Origin: Octopus sinensis
Taxonomy: Eukaryota
Direction of reading: 5' to 3'
DNA: 64,000 nucleotides
NCBI RefSeq assembly: GCF_006345805.1
Contig: NC_043009.1
Span: forward strand, 51,956,001-52,020,000
The notes beneath the pieces are model-generated. The model worked only from the letters and a program-made list of their open reading frames with translations. It ran no database searches and was not told the DNA's origin. Below are positions 52,310-64,000 of this stretch, in pieces. The position numbers were made by a program, and so were the translations under genes. Numbering within the stretch: position 1 is the first letter of the stretch; every line of letters starts with the position of its first letter.

Positions 52310-52480
52310 CCTACTACTGCTTACATCCCTGAACTTAGTACATTGTCAAGAGGAAACGAAAGAATAAGGATCACGCTTTAAAATGTACTGATGTCGATCC
52401 ATTCGACTAAACCTTCTCCAAAGCCGTGCGCCAGCATTCTTGCAATGCCATGACTGAAGCAAGTAAGAGATAAAAGATAA
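52310..52480 (+). mobile_element. Old family A SINE tail
   Basis: GTCGATCCATTCGACTAA...CCAGCAT...ATGACTGAAGCAAGTAAGAGATAAAAG. Confidence 0.55.
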
Positions 52481-52598
52481 GACACATCGGGAAATATACA
52501 CCACAATTTGATGACTTAATGGATGAATAAATAAATATTTTCTCACTCATACTCCAGAAATTTCCATATACAGTAAATTTTATAAAGTTTATGAATTA

Positions 52599-52921
52599 AA
52601 GACTCCGCCGGTTACGACGACGAGGGTCCCAGCTGATACGATCAACGGAACAGCTTGCTCGTGAAATTAACGTGCAAATGGCTGAGCATTCCACAGACAC
52701 GTGTACCCTTAACGTAGTTCTCGGGGATAATCAGCGTGACACAGAGAGTGACAAGGCTGACCCTTTGAAATACAAGTACAACTCATTTTTGCCAGCTGAG
52801 TGGACTGGAGCAATGTGAAATAAAGTGTCTTGCTCAAGGACACAACGCGTCGCCGGGAATCGAACTCACAACCTTACGATCATGAGCCGAATGCCCTAAC
52901 CACTAAGCCACGCGCCCTCAC
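52599..52921 (-). mobile_element. tRNA/CORE-type SINE, family E (D-like head, different 3' body), with target-site duplication
   Basis: Minus head GAGGGCGCGTGGCTTAGTGGTTAGGGCATTCGG, B-box GAGTTCGATTCC, and CORE-like TTGAGCAAGACACTTTATTTCACATTGCTCCAG. AAAGTTTATGAAT is duplicated at 52584-52596 and 52922-52934. Confidence 0.92.
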
Positions 52922-53169
52922 AAAGTTTATGAATAAGCAGTAACTCATTGCTGGTTCGTCTCTATTAACCAATTCAGTAATATAATAACGTTATATGTCA
53001 AGTTGTAAAATAAATTGCATATCTACTAATGATTTAAAAAGCGAAAACTCTAAGCATTAACATACGATTCTTAATATATTCTAGCAATTGGGAATAAGAA
53101 TATGCTGCTCAGTGTTATTTTTGTCATCGAAAAATATGTTTGTTTAGAAGACTGGTGCTCATAATATAA

Positions 53170-53375
53170 CTCTTTTACTCTTTTATTTGTTTCAGTCATT
53201 TGACTGTAGACATGCTGGAGCACCGCCTTTAGTCGAGCAAATCTCCCCCAGGACTTATACTTTGTAAGCCTAGTACTTATTCTATCGGTGTTTTTTGCCG
53301 AACTACTAAGCTACAGGGATGTAAACACACCACCGTCGCTTGCCAAGCGATGTTGGCAGGACAAACACAGACGCA

Positions 53376-53409
<34 letters not shown>

Positions 53410-53595
53410 AAAAATATATATACGTAAATACGACGGGCTTCATTCAGCTTCCGTCTACCAAATCCACTCACAAAGGTTAGGTCGGCCCGAGGCTATAGTA
53501 GAAGACACATGCCCAAGGTGCCACGCAGTGGGACTGAACCCGGAACCATGTGGTTGGTAAGCAAGCTCCTTACCGCACAGCCACTCCTACGCCTA
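53170..53595 (-). mobile_element. Family A SINE, full length
   Basis: All modules are present on the minus strand; possible 7-bp TSD TATAACT. Confidence 0.95.
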
Positions 53596-55141
53596 TAACT
53601 AATTAATTGATGAAAATGATTTCGAGGCACTGCAGTTTTTCGATACTATTTTGTGTAGTCTTTCACTAAAACGAAAGAGCAGTACTGAATCTTGCTTATA
53701 GAAATCAGTAAATGATGTGCTGGTACATGCTGCTATCTTTCAAATCATGAATAATTCTCGAAGTGCAGGGAAAACGGCAAGAATTCAAACAAAAATGAAC
53801 TTTATTTACTCTTCTGGCAATGCCGGACGCGAATATGCTGATCGCTTTTTGCGTAACGTCAATCCAGTGTTTTCCTCGCTTTAAACGATATGTTTTCGTT
53901 ATTATCGGGTTGGTAAAAATCAGCAAGCACGAATAAATAATGTGCTTGCTAATTTCTATAAACAAGAACATCCATTCTTGTTCAGAATCATTTATCCAGT
54001 GTATATTTTACTGGCAAAATAAATAATAATGTTGAAACATTGCGATGACTGAAACTCTAACGATACCAAAAGTTTACGTGTTATGTTCAGGATTTTCTTT
54101 AAAATATACAAGAGGTAAGTAATATTAAGCTAATCACGAGATTATTGTACTTATCGTAAGTGATGGGACCAACGAGGTTCCCGTGTCATATTTAAGTAGT
54201 ATTCTTATTTTAGATCAACAATTACTTTACTATTTCAGAACATGTCTAAATGACGGTCTTAATATTAATACAGACTATAACTAAGTACTGATTATAGCCA
54301 GATATTTTAAGCAATGTTATGGATTCAGTTAGAAAAGGGCTCAAAATGGGATAAAAATTGCTTTTGTAATAAATATAGAAAGGTATCGTAGACTATAACG
54401 CATAACCCTAAAGTAATATAACTTTCATTTAGACTGATAATTAACCAAGTCGAATGACTTGTCTTACAAATGGTTTGCCGTTCTCTATGTTTAGAGATCA
54501 ACCACATGTAACGGCGTGAACTGTATCGTTCATTCTTACTGAAGTATAATAGAATAAAATTGCATTTAGCGAACATGAAATTTTGACGCATAATTCTAGA
54601 TTGCGAACGATTAGTTTTACTTGAAGCAAAGCTTTTGAATGCAGGAAAAAACCTGAGAGTAATTTTTGAAGTCAACAGTGGAATGTAACAATGAGAGATA
54701 TTTGTGATATATTCCATACGAATTAAACGATGTCTTCTTAACAGAGGATCGAATGTAAATCGGAGCTTCCTTCAGGCAGAAGTAAACACACATCTCTTAA
54801 TACATTTTCGCCAGAAGGGAAATTTAACTCTTAAAATTAAGCTTCAAATCCTTATTTACCATACCACAACGTATTAATTTTGCCTGGATTTTCTATGCTT
54901 CTCATGCTGTGAGGCCACGCGGGAGCTGAAATATAGCTACTGCATCTTTCCTTTCAACGTTTAACTACTAAGTGCCGTAAGTTTGGTATATTGCGTTTGT
55001 GTGAACTTAACACTCAGCTGCTCGTTTTGGAAACATCATGCCCTGTATTCTTCATCTGTACCTTGTAAGGATGTGAGTAGCAAATATACGTATGTATGCA
55101 TGAATTATGTACTATGTTCATGTATGTGTATGTGCTTGTGC

Positions 55142-55182
<41 letters not shown>

Positions 55183-55209
55183 TATAGATATATATATATA
55201 TATATATAT

Positions 55210-55616
55210 CTTTTTCTCTCTTTTACTTGTTTCAGTCATTTGGCTGCGGCCATGCTGGTGCACCGCCTTTAGTCGAGCAAATCGACCCCCGGACTTATTC
55301 TTTGTAAGCCCAGTACTTATTCTATCGGTCTCTTTTGCCGAACCGCTAAGTGACGGGGACATAAACACACCAGCATCGGTTGTCAAGCAATGCTAGTTGG
55401 ACAAACACAGACACACAAACATATACACACACAAACACATATATATACATATATACGACAGGTTTCTTTCAGTTTCCGTCTACCAAATCCACTCACAAGG
55501 CTTTGGTCGGCCCGAGGCTATAGTAGAAGATACTTGCCCAAGGTGCCACGCAGTGGGACTAAACCCGGAGCCATGTGGTTGGTAAGCAAGCTACTTACCA
55601 CACAGCCACTCCTGCG

Positions 55617-55618
<2 letters not shown>
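55210..55618 (-). mobile_element. Family A SINE, full length, in (TA)n
   Basis: All modules are present on the minus strand. Confidence 0.95.
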
Positions 55619-55651
<33 letters not shown>

Positions 55652-55653
<2 letters not shown>

Positions 55654-55964
55654 TATAAAGTTAATCCAAACATGAAAGCACAAAAAACACAACAACGTGA
55701 GGACGTGGAACAAATATAGTATTATTGGACGCTCAGGAAAGAACGAAAGAAGGAGGGTTTAACGTTTCGAGCGGAGCTCTTTGTCGGAAACATAGGAGAA
55801 GGAAAGATCCAGAGAAGGGGAGGTAGAGGAAAAAATCGCCAACGGTACACACGCAGCCACACCTTCTTTCCTTGTTTGCTGAGCGTCCAATAATACTATA
55901 TTTGTTCCACGTCCTCACGTCGTTGTGTTTTTTTGTGCTTTCATGTTTGGATTAACTTTATATA
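55652..55964. mobile_element. 313-bp element with about 85-bp inverted termini in (TA)n and an internal hammerhead-like fold
   Basis: 55652-55736 and 55879-55964 are reverse complements with one substitution and one indel. The minus strand at 55757-55791 reads GUUU CCGACAA A GAGC-ucc-GCUC GAAA CG UU AAAC. Confidence 0.9.
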
Positions 55965-55996
55965 TGTATATATATAAATATATATATATATGTATG

Positions 55997-56049
<53 letters not shown>

Positions 56050-56399
56050 CTGTATGAAATTATATAATTTTATGAATTTATACAAGGGCGGCGGTGCATG
56101 CATACATTTACAAATGACTAGACAATATACCTTACATCATATTGCTAAGCAATGCACATCGTAAAACATAAGGTGTGCAAAATTCTCGATAATATCAGGA
56201 GTGGAAACGTGAATTCCCTCTGAATATGAATAAAAACGGGCGAACAGATATCGCAGCACACTGATGTATATGTTGTTATTAAAAAACGATTCAAAATAAA
56301 TACATATAAAAAAGCTTTTTGGAGTGTATGTATGTAAATGTGTGTGTATGAGTGTGTGCGTGTGTGTTCGGTATAGATAAATAGAAAGATAAATATACA

Positions 56400-56438
<39 letters not shown>

Positions 56439-56599
56439 TATATATATATAACATACATAGAGAGACAGAGAAAGACAGAGAAAGACAGAGAGAAAAGAGA
56501 AAGAGATAGCTACATAGATAGGTATAGAAATAGGGAGATAGATAGACAGATAAAGAGAGAGAGAGAAAGAGGTAGATATATAGATATAACATCGGACAG

Positions 56600-56635
<36 letters not shown>

Positions 56636-57219
56636 CTTATAGAGAGAGAGAGAAAGACAGAAAGAAGGAGAGAGGGAAAACAGAAAGAGATAGGTACCTA
56701 GAGAGAAATATGTAGATAGATAGATAGATAGATAGATATGCAAGTATATGTTTCATGATTCCGTTCTTCCTCGACTTAATATGAGGCCTTAAAACATTTT
56801 ATTTCTCCCGCAGACATTCAATATTTTCTCCTGCTTCTATTATCTAGATTTGGAAGAGTCGTAAAATCTAAAGAGTATAGAGGAAATAATTATCGCCATT
56901 TACGAAGATTTGTCATATGACCGGAAGTAATAACTAATCGAGTAATTTTTTTCTGATTTCTTAAAAAATACAATACTTGTTACACTTTTTGTATGTAATT
57001 GCTTTGTAATATTTTGCTGTCCTAAGGGGGTAGGGTGTAACTTCAGAGTAATTGTTCGTGATGATCTAGGGTGTTTACGACATCGGGTGGGGTGCGTTTG
57101 CAAGTGGCAGATAATAAAAAGACGAAACAAAAAATAAAACGCAATGGCGCCTGAATTCTATAACCGAGAATAGTTATGAGAGACGAATCAGGATTGCATT
57201 CTGTCTCTCTTCCTGTAGA

Positions 57220-57287
57220 TACAAACATGAACGCATATACGTATATATTCGTACAAACATGAACGCATATACGTATATATTCGTACA
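57220..57287 (+). repeat. Perfect 32-bp tandem duplication
   Basis: TACAAACATGAACGCATATACGTATATATTCG x2. Confidence 0.95.
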
Positions 57288-57415
57288 TAGACGCAGACAT
57301 AAATGTGTGTGTGTGTAACGTCATTCATGCAAGAAATCAAACTCACGCGTGTGCAACATACACAAATATAGAATTTTGCATATACACACACCATTATATA
57401 TATATATATATATAT

Positions 57416-57454
<39 letters not shown>

Positions 57455-57846
57455 TATAGATATATAGATATACTATAGATAGATATATATTTATTCATTT
57501 ATATATACATATAGTCATAAATACCCGAAGATATATAAATAACTGATATCAAGTGTCCGTAGCTATTATTGTTATTTCTCAAACTTGATTAGGGACGAAA
57601 AGTTGTTTTCTGCTCTTAGGATACATACAGACGCATGCATATGTATATATACATACATACATATATATATAATATATATATATATATATTATATATATAT
57701 ATAGATATATAATATATATGCATCCTATTATATATATATATATGTGTGTGTGGTGTGTTGTGTGTGTATATATGTATATATATATGCATATATATACATT
57801 CTATCGATATATATACATAAATATTTATACATATATACGTATATAT

Positions 57847-57936
<90 letters not shown>

Positions 57937-58243
57937 TATATGTGCGTGTATGTGTGTTTGCGTATGTAAAGGTAGCAGAAGGTATGAAGCTGCAGAAAAG
58001 GCATGAACCTGTTTAGAAATAGGAGCTAACTTCACAATTCAGCCGCCGGAATTCACCAAATAACAGAAAAACAATAGTAGGCGGGGAAATGTACATTAAA
58101 AAAGCATACCTTTAATGAATGTGATATTCAGATACGCATATACCATAGTTTAGGGTTCAAAATTCAGTCTGTCATGTTATAAATCTGTCAGTTTTACGGT
58201 TTGTTCTGCGCGAAGCCGGTCTACATTGCGAAAAAAATATATA

Positions 58244-58359
58244 TGAGCAAAAGCATTCGAGTAGTTACACTCGAAGTATGATGATATTACTGTTAATATC
58301 ATCTGCAGTGAATATTTTTAATTGATAATATTAACAGTGTAAATACTCGAATGTTTTTG

Positions 58360-58363
<4 letters not shown>
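58244..58363. mobile_element. 120-bp MITE-like inverted repeat in (TA)n
   Basis: TGAGCAAAAGCATTCGAGTAGTTACACT (58244-58271) pairs with 58336-58363 with 2 mismatches. An inner ACTGTTAATAT/ATATTAACAGT pair is also present. Confidence 0.75.
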
Positions 58364-58408
<45 letters not shown>

Positions 58409-59187
58409 TATCTATATATATATATATATTATATAATATATATATTATATATATTGCACCATGTGGACCGGTTTTGAGCAAACAAGCCATAACACTGGCA
58501 GATATATAACGCGACTTTGAATTTTTATTAAGTTCTAATTCTTTATCTGTTTCCTGCCTATTTATCTTATTCGGTGCCTCAGCGGTTGAATTCGGAATTT
58601 TGCTCCTATTTCTAGATACATACATACATAAATATATACATGCATACATACATACATACATACATACATACATACATACATACATACATACATTCATACA
58701 TCCATCGACCCATACATATTTACCTAATTCATACATACAGACATAGATACACACATACATACATACATACTTTACATGTATAGGTATATACATGCATTCA
58801 TAGATGGTGATTGCTCTATTTTCATACATGATTGCTCTCCTCTACTTCCTCGTTGTTAGTGACATTTCTCACTTTCCTTCCATGACCTCTCAGATGACTA
58901 TTTAGTCCTATTGCTGATCTCTATGGTTTGAAGCATATGTAACAGAAGATACTTGTTATAGTGACCTTACGTCTGGTTAGATCGACACCTCTTATTTGTT
59001 CCCATAGAGTTTCAGTAGATGAGATGACAAATGAAGTCAGAACAAAGAGACATCTTTACGTCATTGGATGATAGTGTTCAGCGCTTCTACAAAACGTGTG
59101 CTTATTTCCATCTACCTTATTAGTACCTGGTGACAGACGAGTGAAATGTCCAGAAATCACATAAAACCGCTGGTTCTACATCAGTGT

Positions 59188-59558
59188 CCGAAGCCTTGTT
59201 GGTGGATTTGTTAGACAGAAACTGAAAGTAGCCCGTCGTATATATGTATATGTATATATATAATATATATATATATATCTATATATATATATATATATTA
59301 ATATATAGATATGTGTGTTGTGTGGTGTGTGTGTGGTGTGTGTGTGTTTGTTGTTTGTGTGTGTTTGTCCTCCCAACATCGCTTGACAACCGATGCTGGT
59401 GTGTTTACGTCCCCGTATCTTTGCGCTTCGGCAAAATAGACCGATAGAATAAGTACTAGGCTTACAAAGAATAAGTCCTGGGATCGATTTGCTCGACTAA
59501 AGGCGATGCTCCAGCATGGCCGCAGTCAAATCACTGAAACAAGTAAGAGTAAAAGAGT
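59188..59558 (+). mobile_element. 5'-truncated family A SINE
   Basis: Mid-body, internal microsatellite and tail match family A. Confidence 0.9.
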
Positions 59559-60561
59559 ATCCGTATCTCCTTCTGAACTGACCAACCTTCTGCTCTTTAC
59601 ACAGTTATTAGCCGCTTTCATGTGCCCACTATATTATATACTTAAGTAATCCCATTTCTAGGCCAATTTTGAAAATCACACACAGACACATACACACAAC
59701 ACATATACATGTACGCACGCACACACACAAACACAGACACATAAACACAATAGAAACAATAACTCCATAACTCAGTCATATATACATATACATTTGTGTA
59801 TGCATGCAAGAATATATGCAATCATAAATGCATGTCTTCAAGTATACATATGTAAACACAACGCCATCATCCATAGACGTACATGCATAAAGGGTTAATC
59901 TTAGGCGCGTTTTGGAACATTTTCTGCTCAAATTATACCGATTTAATCAATCCTGTACTAGTATCTAGTTTCTCTAATATATTTTCTACACTAAATAAGA
60001 GATTCAGTTATTACCCCACCATCTTAGCGTCGATCTGACTGAATTTCTTTTAATAAATGCTTCGCACCTCATGGGATTTCGTTAATACCATCAATGTTGT
60101 GCATTTAGGTAAAACATTAGCACTAACATCAAAAATGTGAACTAAGATAACTTAAGCATTCTTCTCACTTCGTTACGTCTTTGCACTTAGGATATAATTT
60201 AATTAGCTGATATGAAAATGATACGTTTCAAACGAACGCTTTGACGATATTTCTTTTGCCTACTTGTTTAGAGATGTTACAAAGCAACAAGCCTTTTTTG
60301 GGCAAAAATATGAGGAAACTAACGGCTCACGTATTAATCGCTACTGAAGATACACGTACGAATTCCTTGGAAATATATGGTAACATGATTTGGAATATCA
60401 ATACCTGCTTGTGTAAGGAGAACGGCTTTATCCAGAAAGTTATTTTCTCTGATATTATTTGGGTAACTATAATTCTGACGTGGATGGGTTAATTAGTCTA
60501 CACTAATGTAATTCTCAGAGTCAAATTTGTAGTCAGGAAGTGTAATCAATAAGGGGCTGAG

Positions 60562-60696
60562 TACCAGTCATTGCAAATGATCAACTACTTTTAGATTTTA
60601 CCGCTGACTCTTTTGGCTTCGAGACTATATTAGTCTCGAAGCCAAAAGAGTCAGTGGTAAAATCTAAGAATAGTTGATAATTTGTAATGACCGGTA
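60562..60696. repeat. 135-bp hairpin (66-bp arms, 3-nt loop)
   Basis: Six differences between the arms, with the inner 24 bp perfect; begins and ends with TA. Confidence 0.95.
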
Positions 60697-61094
60697 AGAT
60701 TCGTTATTATTTTTTCTATGATTATAGTTTACATCCTTGGTTAAAATATTTTTATACGCGTTCACGTCAATAATATATAGACCCGTTGTTTGCATACTTA
60801 GATGCATACATAAATACATACATACATACGTTCGTACACATAAACATTCGTATATAACGATAACCGTAACGCGGAAGGAAGTATGGAAGTATATATTTGA
60901 TGTGCTTGACTACGAGTCTTTTATATCTTAAGTGCGTGGCGTACTAAATTGTCATTCAATTTGCAATACAGAAATTATTAACGGGCTTTTGATTTTTCGG
61001 TTTTTGATAGCTTTGTTCTTTATATTATACCATACATCGATATTTCGAGTATCTCCCTCACAGGAATTCTAATTCTCCTTAGAGAATTCGCCTT

Positions 61095-61326
61095 AGGCGG
61101 CGAGCTGGCAGAAACTTTAGCGCGCCGGGCAAATTGCTTATCGGTATTCCGTCTCCCTTTACGTTCTGAGTTCAATTTCCGCCGAGGTCGACTTTGACTT
61201 TCATCCTTTCGGGGTCGATAAATTAAGTACCAGCTACGCACTGGGGTCGATGTAATCGACTTAATCCCTTTGTCTGTCCTTGTCTGTCGCCTCTATGTTT
61301 AGCCCCTTGTGTGCAATAAAGAAAAA
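61095..61326 (+). mobile_element. Full-length family B SINE with a 23-bp target-site duplication
   Basis: A-box-like AGCTGGCAGAA and B-box GAGTTCAATTTCC; A-rich tail. AGGAATTCTAATTCTC(C/A)TTAGAG occurs at 61062-61084 and 61327-61349. Confidence 0.95.
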
Positions 61327-61911
61327 AGGAATTCTAATTCTCATTAGAGTGATACTTATTCAAGTTTTTCTAGTTTAAGTAGATTTCGTTGTGTTGATAT
61401 GTATGTGTGTGTATGTTTGTGTGTGTGCTTACATATATAAATAAAAGACTTACGAGGAAAGCATCATGGTCGACTATTAAATGGGCATACGTATTTTGAC
61501 ATAGAAATTTTTTAAAAAGGATCTACTCCCAGTGTTACTAGGAATCTTGAAGCAAATATCATGGGAAATTCGTCCAAAGTAATTTATTTGAACCAACGAC
61601 AGCAAAATGATGTGGTGCTAATGAGAATTTATTTCTTCGCGAAACCCGCAGGAAATAGAAACGATATCTCCTTCAAGTCGAAACATACAGTTCTTGAAAA
61701 ATGAAACACCTAATGGAGAATGTAGACGAGAAACCAACAAAAACAAAAAAATGATAATTGTAATTGGAATAACTCTAATCATATAATCTGGAGAAATGAA
61801 GAGGATATTGCCGTTAAGAACTACTAAACCATCGTTTTTTAAGTATGATAAAAACACACATATACATAAACGCACTAACATACAAACACACGTACGTATA
61901 TATCTACATGA

Positions 61912-61954
<43 letters not shown>

Positions 61955-61964
61955 GCATAACCTA

Positions 61965-62049
61965 TAGTGGTTAGCCATATTGAGATGGCAAATATACCTC
62001 ACATTGTCGTGCAGTTACTGTTTATACCTCGTTCAGAAATTTATTATTG

Positions 62050-62051
<2 letters not shown>
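61965..62051 (+). mobile_element. Single-arm 3' end of the 33.5/51.6-kb fold-back family, between (TA)n arrays
   Basis: TAGTGGTTAGCCATATTGAGATGG matches the inverted arm of the 51.6-kb copy, and CCTCACATTGTCGTGCAGTTACTGTTTATACCTC matches its tail. Confidence 0.85.
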
Positions 62052-62097
<46 letters not shown>

Positions 62098-62537
62098 ATA
62101 TGTATCACATGTACATATGCAAACACCTACACACGGAAGGACGACACACGTACACGCTCACACATATACATACAATTCATACTAAACATTACAAAGCCCT
62201 ATCATGATCGAAAATGAGGTTAAATGCAAAGTTACTACATTTATGGGAATAAATATGGTATATCGCTTTGAAAAATATATGAATTCATTTCAAACTACGA
62301 TATAGAAATATGTATTTACGTATAGATGTGTGCAAGCGTTTATTTTATATACATGCATGTATGTTTATTTGCATGTATTTATTATTTTTATAAATGTATA
62401 TATGCATAAATTCGAATTTAAGGAAATGTGAATGCATGCATGAAAACTCATTTATTATGGATAACAATAAATAAGCCGTCATTTAAGCAATGTTCTTTTC
62501 GCGATCCTCCTACTGAATGTAATAATATATGGATATG

Positions 62538-62578
<41 letters not shown>

Positions 62579-62605
62579 TTATATATCTATCTATCTATCC
62601 ATTTA

Positions 62606-62656
<51 letters not shown>

Positions 62657-62764
62657 CAACCGATCTCCACATCTTCATATGTGTGTGTATGCTTATGTAC
62701 AAGAGCATTTAAAGATATATGTGCAAAATGTATATATATATGTTTATATATATACGTGTGTGTT

Positions 62765-62789
<25 letters not shown>

Positions 62790-62832
<43 letters not shown>

Positions 62833-62833
62833 C

Positions 62834-62916
<83 letters not shown>
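62790..62916. repeat. (TA)n-(GATA)n array
   Basis: Read directly from the sequence. Confidence 0.97.
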
Positions 62917-62917
<1 letters not shown>

Positions 62918-63494
62918 TCCACAAACATATAGATTCCTATACGCGTGTGTATGTGTTTGTGTGTGCCTATACACATGCAGTTATATACAATACAAATATA
63001 AAGAGAATATCGTTCATTCCCGCATTAGTTGAAGTTTCTTTAAATCGGTGGAGCATCCGAACGAGAACTGCATACCCTTTCTTCAGAGTTTTGAAGTTTC
63101 GAGCTGAAATCCTGCTGAAGTCAGCTTTGACTCTCTTCTTCCTATGATCAATGAAAGAGTGGACAAGTCAAGTATCGACTGCGATCTAATCAATGTGTAC
63201 CGTCTTACGGAAATTGCAGATTTGTCTTCGGTCAATTGCAGACTTTCATTAAATATGCGCAGTCCAATGAAACACTACTACACGCATTCGTGTAGTGTCT
63301 GACGATTGTTGACTTGTGGAGTTATGACTAACTGTTGCTGTCAGGTGTAGCAGTAAACCTCAAACATATTTGGCACCAATGACCAGTTTCATCTATGCCA
63401 ACTTTCCCACACATCGGATATCATGCGCATAGCAAAACACACTAAAGCGCATAATATATAGTTTAAATATTACATGCATAGTACTATGCAAGTG

Positions 63495-63528
63495 AAGGTG
63501 CATGGCTTAGTGGTTAGGGTATTCGGCT
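63495..63528 (+). mobile_element. Isolated D/E-type SINE head fragment
   Basis: GAAGGTGCATGGCTTAGTGGTTAGGGTATTCGGC matches the head of 52599-52921. Confidence 0.7.
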
Positions 63529-63559
63529 TCTTTAATTTTCAGCCCCTCAATCATTATTT

Positions 63560-64000
63560 GATTTTTTAGATCATCTAGTTAAGTTGGGTCAATTTCTGTT
63601 TGACTTTCTTCATCTATTTAATTTTCATCTGCCTTGGTGTTTATGGTTGGTTGAGAGAGTATTTTCACTTTATCAGTTACAATGGCTCTTTCTATCATTA
63701 CTGCATTTTCATCAGACTGGATTGGTTTATAATTATTTTCTCTTAGTATCTTCTTTAGCTTCAATTTAGTTCCACTTATCCCTTACCGATTGTTTCATTC
63801 GGTCAATCTCTACTTCAGTTAGTAATTTCTTTTTCATAATGTTTCTTCTCACGTTGGCAAGTTTGTTACTGTCTATGTAGGATCTTAGTTCAAGGTGCTT
63901 CTGTCTCCAGTTTAGGTAGGTTTCTTCAATATTAGATTTATTTGTGGGCAAATACATAGCATGATAGAAGGCCTTAAGAAATTTATTATCTGCCCTAAAA
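63560..64000 (-). mobile_element. N-terminal ORF remnant of a non-LTR retrotransposon, probably R4/Dong-like; runs off the window end
   Basis: KAFYHAMYLPTNKSNIEETYLNWRQKHLELRSYIDSNKLANVRRNIMKKKLLTEVEIDRMK resembles the YY.A...TY..WR......Y.DANKLANVRR.I.K...LT..E N-terminal domain of RLE-type elements (motif recall). Stops follow downstream. Confidence 0.6.

Overview
AT-rich, extremely repeat-dense eukaryotic DNA. The SINE types and the dense (TA)n/(GATA)n/(TACA)n/(TAT)n arrays suggest an Octopus-like cephalopod genome; this is an inference from recalled repeat families, not a database match. I found no intact host protein-coding gene that I can name, and most of the ORF track is microsatellite translation artefact. 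The supportable content is as follows. (1) Decayed non-LTR retrotransposons: two CR1/L2-type pieces, one RTE-type piece, and three R4/Dong-like pieces of the restriction-like-endonuclease class. (2) Two Penelope-like element (PLE) GIY-YIG remnants plus several PLE-type 3' ends. (3) A mariner 5' fragment. (4) About 25 tRNA-derived SINE copies or fragments in five modular families, labelled A-E by me. (5) Many microsatellites. The most interesting signal is a recurring architecture in which retroelement 3' ends sit in (TA)n or (TAT)n arrays. Several carry minimal type-I hammerhead-ribozyme folds (best at 26903-26945 and 52013-52046). Several form long near-perfect fold-back palindromes (22.2, 29.3, 33.5 and 55.7 kb), and in one family the turn-around point differs between copies. 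All alignments and folds were done by eye and need computational and experimental confirmation.
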